Below are positions 1-11,488 of a stretch of DNA of 32,000 bases, piece by piece (position 1 is the stretch's first letter; each line of letters begins with the position of its first letter). Origin of the DNA: Acholeplasma laidlawii PG-8A. GTDB taxonomy: Bacteria > Bacillota_I > Bacilli_A > Acholeplasmatales > Acholeplasmataceae. The stretch is from positions 1,290,001-1,322,000 of the forward strand of contig NC_010163.1 of assembly GCF_000018785.1 (NCBI RefSeq), written 5' to 3'. The position numbers were made by a program, and so were the translations under genes. The notes under the pieces were generated by a model. It saw only the letters and a program-made list of their open reading frames with translations. It was not told where the DNA came from and ran no database searches.

Positions 1-1086
1 AACTAAATCAGATGCATCGGGATATTTAAAACTCACATTTTCAAAAGTTAAACTTTCTACTTGTTCTTGTAAGTTTAACTTACCATCTGTAAGCTTAGTT
101 TTAGTTTGTAGCACTTCTAAAATACGGTTTGCTGATACTTGAGCACGTGGCATAATAACAAATATCATAACGAGCATCATAAATGCCATAATGACTTGCA
201 TTGCATATTGTGAGAAAATAATCATTGGCCCATATACTTCCATACGAGCTAATAATCCAACCATTGGATTTGTAAGATCTAGTGCGATATCACCAATTAA
301 TCCGCCACCAATCCAGTAGATCGCAAGCCCCACACCTGACATAACGAGTGTCATAGTAGGCATCATGAAACTCATGATTCTACCTGCAAACAAACTGTCA
401 TTCATTAAAGTATCACTAATACTGTTGATCTTATCTTTTTGAAACTTTTCAGCATTATAAGCTTTTATAACTCGTAAGCCTGATAAGTTTTCTCTTGAGT
501 GCTTATTGAGTTCATCTGTATTTTTTTGAATTTTTTTAAATCTTGGCATTGCAAGGAAGATGACCATTAATAAGACAACACTAATAACTAAAATAGCAAC
601 AACTGTTGATAATGTAAATTCCCATCTAGAGTCAGATATCTTATATATACTCCAAATCGCTAAAATAGGCGCTTTTAAGATGATTTGAGCACCAAGTGAG
701 ATAATCATCTGAACTTGGTTAATATCGTTTGTAGATCTTGTAATTAAACTAGGTGTTGAAAAGTTATTTATCTCTTCCATTGAAAACTCTGTTGTCTTTT
801 CAAAAATCTTAGAACGTAGTCTAGCACCAAATCTTGATGAGAGTCTAGCAAAGATTAAACCTACAACAACTGCAGATAATAAACTACCAAATGCAAGTCC
901 TAACATTTTTAATCCTTCTAATACAATATCCATAAGCACTGCATTTTCACCTAGTGCCATCCTTGAAATATTAAGCATGTATTGTGGTAGTTCTAATTCT
1001 AAATAGACTTGCCCCATAATAAGGACAAGTGAAAATAATATCCACAACCATTCTTTTAATGTAATATGTTTAAGTATTTTAATCAT
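1..1086 (-). CDS. ABC exporter, fused permease/ATP-binding subunit (N-terminal 362 codons; ORF continues past window start)
   Basis: Hand translation from the ATG at 1086 gives MIKILKHITLKEWLWILFSLVLIMGQVYLELELPQYMLNISR..., a hydrophobic multi-TM region. It ends at the window edge with ...VESLTFENVSFKYPDASDLV, the typical first strand of an ABC nucleotide-binding domain. The frame is open over all 362 codons. It starts 2 nt after the marR stop, so the two are probably an operon. It is absent from the ORF track only because it is truncated. Confidence 0.8.
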   Translation of the reverse strand, partial: MIKILKHITLKEWLWILFSLVLIMGQVYLELELPQYMLNISRMALGENAVLMDIVLEGLKMLGLAFGSLLSAVVVGLIFARLSSRFGARLRSKIFEKTTEFSMEEINNFSTPSLITRSTNDINQVQMIISLGAQIILKAPILAIWSIYKISDSRWEFTLSTVVAILVISVVLLMVIFLAMPRFKKIQKNTDELNKHSRENLSGLRVIKAYNAEKFQKDKINSISDTLMNDSLFAGRIMSFMMPTMTLVMSGVGLAIYWIGGGLIGDIALDLTNPMVGLLARMEVYGPMIIFSQYAMQVIMAFMMLVMIFVIMPRAQVSANRILEVLQTKTKLTDGKLNLQEQVESLTFENVSFKYPDASDLV

Positions 1087-1088
1087 TT

Positions 1089-1517
1089 TTAACCCTCTTC
1101 TTCTACGGTTATATTTTGCTTAATCTGGTCAATCACTCTAAAGAAGACTTCTAATTCTTCTTTAGAGATATTATCTTTAATTCTATTTTCCATTTCATCA
1201 AATTTTGATTTGATGTTTCGAATAATCTGGATTGATTTTTCGGTGGGTTTTATAATTTTCTTTCTTGAATCTTCTTTATCATCTATGCGAACAACCATAT
1301 CATTTTGCTCCATCGCTTTTAGCATTCTAGAGCATGTAGAACCCCTCATACTAAATGCTTGCTCTAAATCTTTAGAGTTTAAATCTTTATCTTTATGATG
1401 AATTAAGTACTTAACTATTGCAGCTTGCTGCATAGATAAGCTTTCTAGTTCAGATAATTTATGGGTATAACGAACCATTAGGTTCATCAAACTTTTAAGT
1501 TCAAGTCCAATATTCAA
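1089..1517 (-). CDS. MarR-family transcriptional regulator
   Basis: 142 aa. The winged-HTH pattern (LSMQQAAIVKYL...DLEQAFSMRGSTCSRMLKAMEQNDMVVRIDDKEDSRKKIIKPTEK) is typical of MarR. It lies directly upstream of the ABC exporter. Confidence 0.85.
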   Translation of the reverse strand: MNIGLELKSLMNLMVRYTHKLSELESLSMQQAAIVKYLIHHKDKDLNSKDLEQAFSMRGSTCSRMLKAMEQNDMVVRIDDKEDSRKKIIKPTEKSIQIIRNIKSKFDEMENRIKDNISKEELEVFFRVIDQIKQNITVEEEG

Positions 1518-1544
1518 GTCGGTACCTCCTTATTCATAATATAG

Positions 1545-1556
1545 TTAGCATGCTAA
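1545..1556. promoter_or_regulatory. Perfect 12-bp palindrome TTAGCATGCTAA in the marR upstream region; candidate MarR autoregulatory operator
   Basis: The palindrome is read directly, 28 nt upstream of the marR start. Assigning it to MarR is inference only. Confidence 0.3.
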
Positions 1557-1729
1557 TGATTATATAGTTTTTATAGATAATGTCAAATCATTTGTTTTTG
1601 TTTTTTTCATATTCGAAATATCTTTAATTTTTACATAATTAAAGCAATATAAAAATAAAAAACTTACCACATACGAACCGGTAAGTTTTTAAAATTATGT
1701 AATGGTTTCTATGAGAAAAAATTAACTAT

Positions 1730-2044
1730 TTATGAAAGTTCAATATTATAAGTTCCTAATTCCAAATGGAAGGTACCACCATGCCTGATTGAATACTTAC
1801 TTCTTACTAAGACCCTCACATGATTGGTAGTGTTAATCTTGACTTTTTCTGATTGTCTGATTACACCTTTAGGATCCGTGGATACACCCCAAGTTAAAAA
1901 ACAAGTCACTAATGTTTTGTCAGTTGTTCTACTCACGATTTCTCCATTGTTTATAACTCCAACATAGTGATCATCTAAATATATATAAACAGGAACTAGT
2001 GCATTCATAAATTTCTTATCCCTTTTAAATTCAATCTTCCCCAT
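1730..2044 (-). CDS. hypothetical protein (104 aa)
   Basis: Clean ORF with no recognisable motif. Confidence 0.5.
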   Translation of the reverse strand: MGKIEFKRDKKFMNALVPVYIYLDDHYVGVINNGEIVSRTTDKTLVTCFLTWGVSTDPKGVIRQSEKVKINTTNHVRVLVRSKYSIRHGGTFHLELGTYNIELS

Positions 2045-2242
2045 ATAATTATCTTCCTATCATATTGATGTAATCTATATTAATTTAATCATATCATTTT
2101 TTAATCATAAACAATTATCAAAACATAAATACCAAGATATATTCAAATGACCAAAGTGCTTTTTATGAGTTATGGTTGGAATAGATTCGTTTGGTATGTT
2201 ATAATACATAGTTATTTAAATATCTATATAAAAGGGGTTAAC

Positions 2243-4786
2243 ATGAAATATATTAAAGCCATAACCATGATGCTACTACTAATCTTCTTAGTATCATGTA
2301 CAACGACTGATGAAGTCACTTATGAAATACTGATTAATGAAGCTACACCAACCACTTACGAAGTTGGTGCTTCTATTACCTATACTGACTTTTTTATCAT
2401 CAAAGACAGTCTAGGAAATAGGATAACTATCGAAGAATCTATGTTAGATGTATCTTTAGTTGATATGTCTAAGGCAGGTAGTTATATCATTAAAATTTCT
2501 TTTGAAGGTTTGAAAAATGAAGTAACTATTACTGTAACAGCACCCGAGGAAGAAATTACTTATACACTAGCTATTAATGAATCACTTCCAACTACGTTAG
2601 AATTAAATGATTCAGACATTGATTTTAAAGCTTACTTTACAATTACTGATTCTAAAGGTAACTTCATTGAAGTATTAGAATCTATGATCGATAGTTCAAA
2701 CGTTAATCTAAATGAAGTGGGTACTTATAACTTAGTATTAAATTACCAAGGTTTAAGTAAAACTGTTGTTTTAGAGGTCGTTGATAACACACCTGTTATA
2801 ACATATACTGTTGTAGTAAATGATGCGCTACCTACTGAATTTACATTAGGTACCACAGATATTGATTTTAAAACTTACTTTATTATTGTAGATTCTAATG
2901 GAACAACGATTGAAGTTACTGATGATATGTTAGATTTATCACTCGTAGACTTTACTAAGGTGGGTACATTTAGTATTACATTTAACTTCAATGATATTGA
3001 GCATATTTTAGAGTTTGAAGTAATACCACCTGACTTTATGTATGCAAGTGATTTATTTATTAGTGAATACTCAGAAGGTAGTAACTATAATAAGTATATT
3101 GAAATCTTTAATGGTACAGGAAAACATATTAACTTATCAGAATATAGTGTAAAACTATTTAATAATGGTGCGAGTACGCCTCAATATGAGTTTGCACTAA
3201 GTGGTGTATTAAATGATGGAGAAACTTATATTATTTATAACGGTGCTGCAAATACCACCATTAAAAATAGTGGTGATGCGAGTCACCAAGTAATCTCATT
3301 TAACGGTAATGATCCGATCGCTTTATATAAAAATGATGTTTTAATTGATGTTGTAGGTATCATGGATACCCCTGTATCTGATGGATATAATGCAGGTGGC
3401 GTTGTTAATGCTACCAAAGATAATACGATTGTAAGAAAATCAGATGTTTTTGGACCAAATGCTACATGGACTGAAGATGAGTGGTTAGTCTTAGGTTTTG
3501 AAGTTTATACAAATCTAAAACTACATGAAATGGATTATTATCATCTACCAGAAGAAATTGCTAGAATACCAGATTTATATATCTCAGAATATTTTGAAGG
3601 TGATGGCATCTATGCCACTTCAAAATATATTGAGATTTATAACAGTTTAGGTTATGATGTAGATTTATCTAATTACCGTGTTGAACTTTACAGTAATGGT
3701 AGTTTAACACCTACCTATACTCAAAACTTAACTGGTACATTAAAGCATAAAGAAGTTTACGTCATTTATGCACCACTTAGTCTAGATGATATTAAATTAC
3801 TAGGCAACCTTTCTAGTGAAGTTGCAAACTTCACTGGACGTGATGCACTTACTTTAGTTAAGGATAACGTCATCATTGATGTCTTTGGAGTGATTGGTGA
3901 GACACCAAATGAAAATGGTTGGTTGATTGAAGGTACTAAAGGTAGTGTTAACTATACTGTCGTTAGAATACCTGAAGTGACCGGACCAATTGGTACTTGG
4001 GATATAAATGACTGGAAAGTCACTTACCAAAACGACTTATCTGATTTAGGTAAACATAACTTTACCTATGAAGATCAAGTGATTGAAGACTTTGACATTC
4101 TATTTAACTTAATTAAAGGTTTAGAACTTAACAGTAAAGGTACTGCAGCGAGTGCTTATAGTATCACAATTAAAGGTACAGTATTCATGGATGTTCAAAA
4201 TGAAACTACATTAGTATATATGACTGATGGTAAAAACTTCATTAAACTTCATGGTGCAAAGATTCATAACTACACATCGTTAAACACTGTTTATGAAGTG
4301 AAGGGTAACTATAAGTCACACCTTTACATCCCTACATTTGAAGTCATCAATCCTGGCACTGACATTACTGCAATATCTAGTGCAACACCCGTATCTAAAA
4401 TTACAGTTAAAGAGGTAAGTTTAAGTACTATCCTAAACTTAAAACTAGAAAACTTTGTAGAAAACATCAACAATGGTTATCTACAATCCATGCTTAAAGT
4501 TACAGGTTATCTACAATTAGATACCCATAACTCTACAAGATGGGATTACGCATTAACAGTTACTGAAACTTATACTAAAAATAATACACAATATATTAAT
4601 AATGGTCTATACTTTAAAAATGATATTGGTGAATTAGAAGATACGTTAATTGACTATGAAGTCAATCTAGAATATGAAAATGTCGAAGTGTCTGTATTTG
4701 GGGTTATCTATGACTGGAATCCAAACCGTAAAAACTGGAGACTTTATGTTTCTAACACCTTAACAGCAGATTTTTTACTAACTTAA
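2243..4786 (+). CDS. Surface lipoprotein with 3 tandem Ig-like repeats, 2 lamin-tail (LTD) domains and a C-terminal OB-like region
   Basis: The likely true start is the ATG at 2243, with AAAGGGG 6 nt upstream. This gives the signal peptide MKYIKAITMMLLLIFLVSC with a lipobox Cys at 2297. Three ~80-aa repeats begin at about 2312, 2552 and 2795 (xITYxxxxNExLPT...DFKxYFxIxDSxG...VGTY). Two copies of the LTD signature are present (DLFISEYSEGSNYNKYIEIFNGTG at 3051, DLYISEYFEGDG..KYIEIYNSLG at 3572). The track start at 2147 adds 32 unlikely residues. Confidence 0.8.
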   Translation: MKYIKAITMMLLLIFLVSCTTTDEVTYEILINEATPTTYEVGASITYTDFFIIKDSLGNRITIEESMLDVSLVDMSKAGSYIIKISFEGLKNEVTITVTAPEEEITYTLAINESLPTTLELNDSDIDFKAYFTITDSKGNFIEVLESMIDSSNVNLNEVGTYNLVLNYQGLSKTVVLEVVDNTPVITYTVVVNDALPTEFTLGTTDIDFKTYFIIVDSNGTTIEVTDDMLDLSLVDFTKVGTFSITFNFNDIEHILEFEVIPPDFMYASDLFISEYSEGSNYNKYIEIFNGTGKHINLSEYSVKLFNNGASTPQYEFALSGVLNDGETYIIYNGAANTTIKNSGDASHQVISFNGNDPIALYKNDVLIDVVGIMDTPVSDGYNAGGVVNATKDNTIVRKSDVFGPNATWTEDEWLVLGFEVYTNLKLHEMDYYHLPEEIARIPDLYISEYFEGDGIYATSKYIEIYNSLGYDVDLSNYRVELYSNGSLTPTYTQNLTGTLKHKEVYVIYAPLSLDDIKLLGNLSSEVANFTGRDALTLVKDNVIIDVFGVIGETPNENGWLIEGTKGSVNYTVVRIPEVTGPIGTWDINDWKVTYQNDLSDLGKHNFTYEDQVIEDFDILFNLIKGLELNSKGTAASAYSITIKGTVFMDVQNETTLVYMTDGKNFIKLHGAKIHNYTSLNTVYEVKGNYKSHLYIPTFEVINPGTDITAISSATPVSKITVKEVSLSTILNLKLENFVENINNGYLQSMLKVTGYLQLDTHNSTRWDYALTVTETYTKNNTQYINNGLYFKNDIGELEDTLIDYEVNLEYENVEVSVFGVIYDWNPNRKNWRLYVSNTLTADFLLT

Positions 4787-4801
4787 CTAAATCTATAAAT
4801 A

Positions 4802-4836
4802 AAACAGGTGGTGCAATTATCTTGCACCACCTGTTT
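4802..4836. terminator. Bidirectional rho-independent terminator between convergent genes
   Basis: Perfect 15-bp stem: AAACAGGTGGTGCAA (4802-4816) pairs with TTGCACCACCTGTTT (4822-4836), with a 5-nt loop. A and T runs lie on both sides. Confidence 0.8.
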
Positions 4837-4838
4837 TA

Positions 4839-5510
4839 CTACTCATATATCATATCATCTAAAAAGTAAGGTTCCATTTCACTTCTACCTACATCCGTTA
4901 AGGTATATATACCCCTAGAAACTCTTACAAACCACTTATAGTAATTCTTGGTTAATATATTAGGTACATCTTTTATGCCAGTATATAAGGTGATTTCTTT
5001 AGGGGACTTTTCACCAGATAGGTAAAGATACTTAGCGACTTCTATAACTCTTTCTTTATAGTGAGTCATAACCTTACCACTAGTTCCGCCTATATTAGAT
5101 TGACTTTTTCTTAATGAAAATTCTTTGATTAATTTTTCTTTTTGTTTCTTACTTGAATTGATACTTTTCTTTAAATCAAATCCAAAAGTCTCTATTATAA
5201 CTTCTGCATGCGTACCAACAGCAATCAGTCCGATTTCTAAACGTTTTAGTAAGTTCATGAAGTCTTTTGCAGAACCTCTTCTTGAACCAATTACCTTTTT
5301 TGGTAAGGCAACATAGACTTTATCTGCTATTCTTTGCCTGTCGATTGCTTGGTAAATTAGTTTTAATGAAATGGTTGTTTTAAGTTCAACAATCACTATA
5401 TAGTTATCTTTGATTGCAGTGATGTCTGTTTTAAGAATTTCTGCCTTTACTTCAAAGCCTTGACTTTCAAGTAGAGTTTTACAGGGTTCATATAGATCTG
5501 TTTCTTTCAT
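4839..5510 (-). CDS. PD-(D/E)xK-fold protein with C-terminal winged-helix-like region (resembles the DUF2161 family from memory)
   Basis: 223 aa. The N-terminus MKETDLYEPCKTLLESQGFEVKAEILKTDITAIKDNYIVIVELK shows a D...ExK arrangement. The C-terminal part (EITLYTGIKDVPNILTKNYYKWFVRVSRGIYTLT) looks wHTH-like. The family name is recalled, not searched. Confidence 0.5.
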   Translation of the reverse strand: MKETDLYEPCKTLLESQGFEVKAEILKTDITAIKDNYIVIVELKTTISLKLIYQAIDRQRIADKVYVALPKKVIGSRRGSAKDFMNLLKRLEIGLIAVGTHAEVIIETFGFDLKKSINSSKKQKEKLIKEFSLRKSQSNIGGTSGKVMTHYKERVIEVAKYLYLSGEKSPKEITLYTGIKDVPNILTKNYYKWFVRVSRGIYTLTDVGRSEMEPYFLDDMIYE

Positions 5511-5534
5511 TAAAATCCTCCATTAAACTTAACC

Positions 5535-6245
5535 TTAATCCTTATTGTAGGTCCAGCCAAAATCATTATGATAAATCATTAATTTAGACATGCCACCATC
5601 AACTCTAATATTTTCACCTGTGATGAAGCTTGCTTTAGTTGAACATAAAAAGGTAACAAGGTTTGCAACATCAGATGGTTTTCCAACATTGCCTACTGGA
5701 TGTTGAAGTGCATCTGGACCTTCATAAGCAGTTGATGTGGTGTTGATCCAACCAGGAGAAATACTATTTACTCTAACACGGCCTTGAAGCGTTATTGCAA
5801 GTGCATGAGTAAGGGCTTTAATACCACCTTTAGCAGCTGTGTAACTTTCTGTGTTTGGTTGGCTTTGATTATCTCTTGAAGAAGATATATTGATAATGAC
5901 TGCACCTTCATTAAATTCTTTATTAAACAGTTTAGTTAAGTAAAATGGTGCGAGTATTCCAATAGAAAGTGATTTTTGAAAACCCTCATAAGAAGCATCT
6001 TCTAACCCCAACATCGTTGGCGGTGCATTATTTATTAAAAAATCTATTTTTCCAAACTCTTTAAGTACTTTTTGTGTAAATTTTTCTAAAACTATTCTAT
6101 CTGATATATCTCCAACAAAGTATGGATTGTCTTTAATATCAATTACAGCAACTCTAGCACCTAATGATTCAAAACTATCAGCAATAGCTTTTCCTATACC
6201 ACTAGCGCCACCCGTTATCACAGCTACTTTATCTTTAAAACACAT
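5535..6245 (-). CDS. SDR-family oxidoreductase
   Basis: TGGASGIGKA dinucleotide-binding motif, an NNA motif, and the catalytic S...YTAAK (YxxxK) motif. Confidence 0.9.
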   Translation of the reverse strand: MCFKDKVAVITGGASGIGKAIADSFESLGARVAVIDIKDNPYFVGDISDRIVLEKFTQKVLKEFGKIDFLINNAPPTMLGLEDASYEGFQKSLSIGILAPFYLTKLFNKEFNEGAVIINISSSRDNQSQPNTESYTAAKGGIKALTHALAITLQGRVRVNSISPGWINTTSTAYEGPDALQHPVGNVGKPSDVANLVTFLCSTKASFITGENIRVDGGMSKLMIYHNDFGWTYNKD

Positions 6246-6260
6246 GATACTATCTCCTTA

Positions 6261-6716
6261 CTACTTATTTAATATGGTTTCTATTTCTGAAACATGAATC
6301 AATTTATCTTGATCATAATATAGATGCATCTGGAAGGGTTCTTCTTGATCTAACTTTTCTAGAAAATAATAATCACCTTCCCACATAGGTAACTGTCTTA
6401 ATTTATCTTTTTCTACCCATGTAAGATTCCCTTCTTCACTACTTTTAAGTACTCCTTTAAATTCTAGTGCCTTATAAAGTATCATATGTTCTTTATAGTC
6501 TTTAGAATGAAAATAGATGTTTCCCTTAAAGATTGGTTTAATAACTAAACCAGTCTCTTCAAAAGCCTCTCTTATTGCCGCTTCTATAGGTGATTCATCC
6601 GATTCAATTTTACCGCCAACACCCATGTATTTATTATAGTTCATATCCTTTTTCTGCTTATGAATTAATAAATACTTATGGTTTTGTTCAATATATATTA
6701 AAACCGTTCTTTTCAT
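6261..6716 (-). CDS. NUDIX hydrolase (MutT-like)
   Basis: Nudix box GVGGKIESDESPIEAAIREAFEETGL, matching Gx5Ex7REUxEExGU. Confidence 0.9.
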   Translation of the reverse strand: MKRTVLIYIEQNHKYLLIHKQKKDMNYNKYMGVGGKIESDESPIEAAIREAFEETGLVIKPIFKGNIYFHSKDYKEHMILYKALEFKGVLKSSEEGNLTWVEKDKLRQLPMWEGDYYFLEKLDQEEPFQMHLYYDQDKLIHVSEIETILNK

Positions 6717-6851
6717 GATTTTTATCCTTTAAATTATATGCACATTAATTATAGCACAATAAAAATCATGAAATAAACTTGATTAAGTACTGCTTATTGT
6801 TATATAAAAATAAAATGGCTATACAGTATTCTTGTAAAGCCATTTTATTAA

Positions 6852-7073
6852 TTACTTTAAAGGTTCATCTAAAAACTGTTTTAGATAAGCGATTAAATCA
6901 TCATCATTTGTAGTTGTATAGTATTCACCATCACTTTTAGTATATACATCTGTATACATACCGTTAACAAGTACTACTATAGCCTCTCCATAAGGTTCTG
7001 GGTGCTCATGTGTTGATACAACTAAATGTTTTGGCACTCTTATTAAAACTGAATCATCACTACTTAAATGCAT
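6852..7073 (-). CDS. hypothetical protein (73 aa)
   Basis: ORF only; no motif. Confidence 0.4.
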   Translation of the reverse strand: MHLSSDDSVLIRVPKHLVVSTHEHPEPYGEAIVVLVNGMYTDVYTKSDGEYYTTTNDDDLIAYLKQFLDEPLK

Positions 7074-7123
7074 ATTATATGCTCCCCTTTTTAATATTAA
7101 TTATTATCTATAGAACAATTAAT

Positions 7124-7462
7124 TTATTTTTTAATGCCCATACCATAACCACTTATTTGGATAATACCTTCTGCTGTAATATCATGATCTTGTTCCGAGC
7201 CAGCATTAACCCTGCTCCAATTAGAGGTTTTTAAAATGTACTTATCATTTTTATATAAAAGTTTGTATGCAAATCCACCACACATACCTGGTATTCCAAA
7301 CCAGCCACTATCAACTATATCCAAATCTAACGTCTTTATTAGATCTTTTACAGTGGGATATTCTATTTTATAATGTGTCATTGCCTCTTGCGCCTCATAA
7401 GCACGAACCTTATCATTAATCAGTTCATGAAAATAAGCGAGAATTTTATCTAAATCATCCAT
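7124..7462 (-). CDS. hypothetical protein (112 aa)
   Basis: ORF only; no motif. Confidence 0.5.
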   Translation of the reverse strand: MDDLDKILAYFHELINDKVRAYEAQEAMTHYKIEYPTVKDLIKTLDLDIVDSGWFGIPGMCGGFAYKLLYKNDKYILKTSNWSRVNAGSEQDHDITAEGIIQISGYGMGIKK

Positions 7463-7552
7463 TTATCTATCATTCTCCTTTTTATGGATTCATAATATTG
7501 CCTTATTATAGATGGTTTATCTAGTTAAATTATATCATCATTTTCATTTGTT

Positions 7553-7603
7553 TATAAAAAATACCCGAAGACGATATGTATATACATATCAATCGCCTTC
7601 GGG
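7553..7603 (-). terminator. groEL rho-independent terminator
   Basis: On the minus strand, CCCGAAGGCGAT pairs with ATCGTCTTCGGG (12 bp, one G-U pair). It is followed by TATTTTTTAT, 14 nt after the groEL stop. Confidence 0.8.
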
Positions 7604-7616
7604 CATCTTATATTTT

Positions 7617-9513
<1,897 letters not shown>

Positions 9514-9529
9514 AATATCACCTCCAATT

Positions 9530-9556
9530 CTGGCACACTGTAGTTTAGAGTGCCAA
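9530..9556 (-). promoter_or_regulatory. CIRCE-type (HrcA) operator upstream of groES
   Basis: The minus strand reads TTGGCACTC-N9-GTGTGCCAG, against the consensus TTAGCACTC-N9-GAGTGCTAA. It sits between the promoter -10 and the groES RBS. Confidence 0.8.
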
Positions 9557-9566
9557 TCTAGTTATT

Positions 9567-9594
9567 ATTATAACCAAAATAAAACGGTTGTCAA
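9567..9594 (-). promoter_or_regulatory. groESL sigma-A-type promoter
   Basis: TTGACA (9594-9589), 16-nt spacer, TATAAT (9572-9567), read on the minus strand. Confidence 0.6.
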
Positions 9595-9681
9595 GTATTC
9601 ACTTTAAAAAATGCAATTTTTATGCATGCTAATAAAAACAACTTTCATCTTTAACATTTACATGAATATTCTATAATAAAT

Positions 9682-9744
9682 AAAGCGCAATACATTGCAT
9701 AATATACGTTAAATATCGTATAAATGAGCAATGTATTGCGCTTT
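9682..9744 (-). terminator. 17-bp perfect inverted repeat downstream of the DUF1295-type gene; probable terminator
   Basis: AAAGCGCAATACATTGC (9682-9698) pairs with GCAATGTATTGCGCTTT (9728-9744). The 29-nt spacer contains its own small TATACG/CGTATA stem. A T-rich tract follows on the minus strand. Confidence 0.55.
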
Positions 9745-9758
9745 ATATTATGTAATAC

Positions 9759-10715
9759 TTATTTAATTTTATTATATCGTCTTAAAGGTACATACTTGGA
9801 AACTTTATGAATATAGTCCTTATACATTGGATATTTACTTAATGAAATATTTTCAGAAAATAAAGAACTACCCATAAATAATAATATAAGTACCATCGCA
9901 CCAACTAGTGTCCAGTTAAAGAATATATAACTAGCTACTCCTGCACTGATAGTAAACAGATATAAGACTATCCAAATAGCTTGTTCAGAAAAATAGTTGG
10001 GATGTCTAGAACGTTCCCAAAGACCTTGAGTATTAAACCCTAAATTATATGGTGCAGGTAGATCTTTTAAACTTTTCCCTTCCTTTAAAAGGCTATATTT
10101 TTTGGTTTGAAACGACATCTGCTGTCTATCTGCAATTGTCTCTAATATAATAAAGCCTAACAAGAGTGCTGCAATCAATCCATCAAATATGTTAAAAGCC
10201 ATAGCAGATTCCATAACCGCTAAAAGCGGTAATGTAATTGCAAGTACTAAGGCATTTTGAAATACTGAAATAAATACTAAATCAAATAAAGCCCACTTCC
10301 ACTTTTTATTAAGTTTAGGGTCTTTTCTTAAAACTATCCATCTATAGTCTTCTTCACCTGCCCAAAACTTAAAAGAATACGCGCCCTTTTTAGCAAAGTT
10401 TAAGGTAAGTCTAACACCCCATATTGTAATAAGTAGAGCCATTACAATTAACCTTGGGTGCATTGATCCTTTTACCGCTACTATCCATGCATATGCTATC
10501 GGTAAAATAGACCATAATTTATCCATTTGAGAATTATTTCCTGATAATTCTCCTACGATAAAACAATAAGCCATACTGATACCACACACAATTACCAGTA
10601 TATTTAGTGTCTCTTTTTGAAGGTTTGTTAAGTCAAATCCTCCAAATACAAAACCTAGTACAGACAATGTCAGTGCTAAAACAACCATAATGATTGTCAA
10701 CAATCTTCTCTTCAT
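9759..10715 (-). CDS. Polytopic membrane protein, DUF1295/steroid-5-alpha-reductase-like family
   Basis: 318 aa with multiple TM segments. The C-terminal RSRHPNYFSEQAIW motif is typical of this family. Confidence 0.7.
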   Translation of the reverse strand: MKRRLLTIIMVVLALTLSVLGFVFGGFDLTNLQKETLNILVIVCGISMAYCFIVGELSGNNSQMDKLWSILPIAYAWIVAVKGSMHPRLIVMALLITIWGVRLTLNFAKKGAYSFKFWAGEEDYRWIVLRKDPKLNKKWKWALFDLVFISVFQNALVLAITLPLLAVMESAMAFNIFDGLIAALLLGFIILETIADRQQMSFQTKKYSLLKEGKSLKDLPAPYNLGFNTQGLWERSRHPNYFSEQAIWIVLYLFTISAGVASYIFFNWTLVGAMVLILLFMGSSLFSENISLSKYPMYKDYIHKVSKYVPLRRYNKIK

Positions 10716-10765
10716 ACTTGTCCCCTTTTATTAAAATAGTATTTTGTATTTATTATACAATAAAT

Positions 10766-11488
10766 TTACTTTATAAAGTTTTTAGTACGTTCCATTTTTG
10801 GATTATCAAAAATTTCTGTTGGTGTACCTTCTTCAACAATCAATCCTTGATCCATAAATATGATTCTACTAGATACCTCTTTTGCAAATTGCATTTCATG
10901 TGTGACAATAATCATTGTCATACCTTCATTTACTAAATCTTTCATGACTTGTAATACTTCACCAGTTAATTCAGGATCTAGTGCAGAAGTGGGTTCATCA
11001 AATAGTATAATTTGTGGATTCATACATAATGCTCTGGCAATTGCCACTCTTTGCTTTTGTCCACCAGATAAGGTGTCTATCTTTTTATATGCAAATGATT
11101 TCATGCCTACTTTATCAAGTAATTTTAATGCTAATTCATTTGCATCTTCTTTCGTCATTTTAAGCAATTTGATGGGTGCAAGTGTACAGTTATCGATAAC
11201 ATTTTTATTATTAAATAAATTAAAAGACTGAAACACCATACCAATCTTCATTCTTAATTGATCCAAGTTTGTACTCGGATCCATGAGATCACTTTCATTA
11301 AATATAATTTGTCCACTATCAGCTTCATTTAATAAGTTTAAACATCTTAGTAGTGTAGTTTTTCCACTTCCAGATGAACCTATAATAGTGACAACATCAC
11401 CTTCATTAATTTTTAAATTAATATCTTTTAAAACATGGTGTGAACCAAAATGTTTAGATAAATTTTTAACCTCTAAGATATTACGCAT
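10766..11488 (-). CDS. Amino-acid ABC transporter ATP-binding protein
   Basis: Walker [10 protein letters not shown], signature [15 protein letters not shown], Walker [12 protein letters not shown]. Polar-amino-acid (GlnQ-like) type. It overlaps the upstream permease gene by 8 nt. Confidence 0.95.
   Translation of the reverse strand: MRNILEVKNLSKHFGSHHVLKDINLKINEGDVVTIIGSSGSGKTTLLRCLNLLNEADSGQIIFNESDLMDPSTNLDQLRMKIGMVFQSFNLFNNKNVIDNCTLAPIKLLKMTKEDANELALKLLDKVGMKSFAYKKIDTLSGGQKQRVAIARALCMNPQIILFDEPTSALDPELTGEVLQVMKDLVNEGMTMIIVTHEMQFAKEVSSRIIFMDQGLIVEEGTPTEIFDNPKMERTKNFIK

Noticed and set aside
2147-2242. 32-residue N-terminal extension of the lipoprotein ORF
   Set aside because: The extension has no RBS and would bury the signal peptide. 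The ATG at 2243 has AAAGGGG upstream and gives a canonical lipoprotein signal.
9620-9633. Recurrence of GCATGCTA-containing palindromes (1545, 9622, 16472) as a shared regulatory motif
   Set aside because: Only the 6-8 bp core is shared and the contexts differ (promoter region, intergenic region, gene end). That is too short to support a regulon claim.
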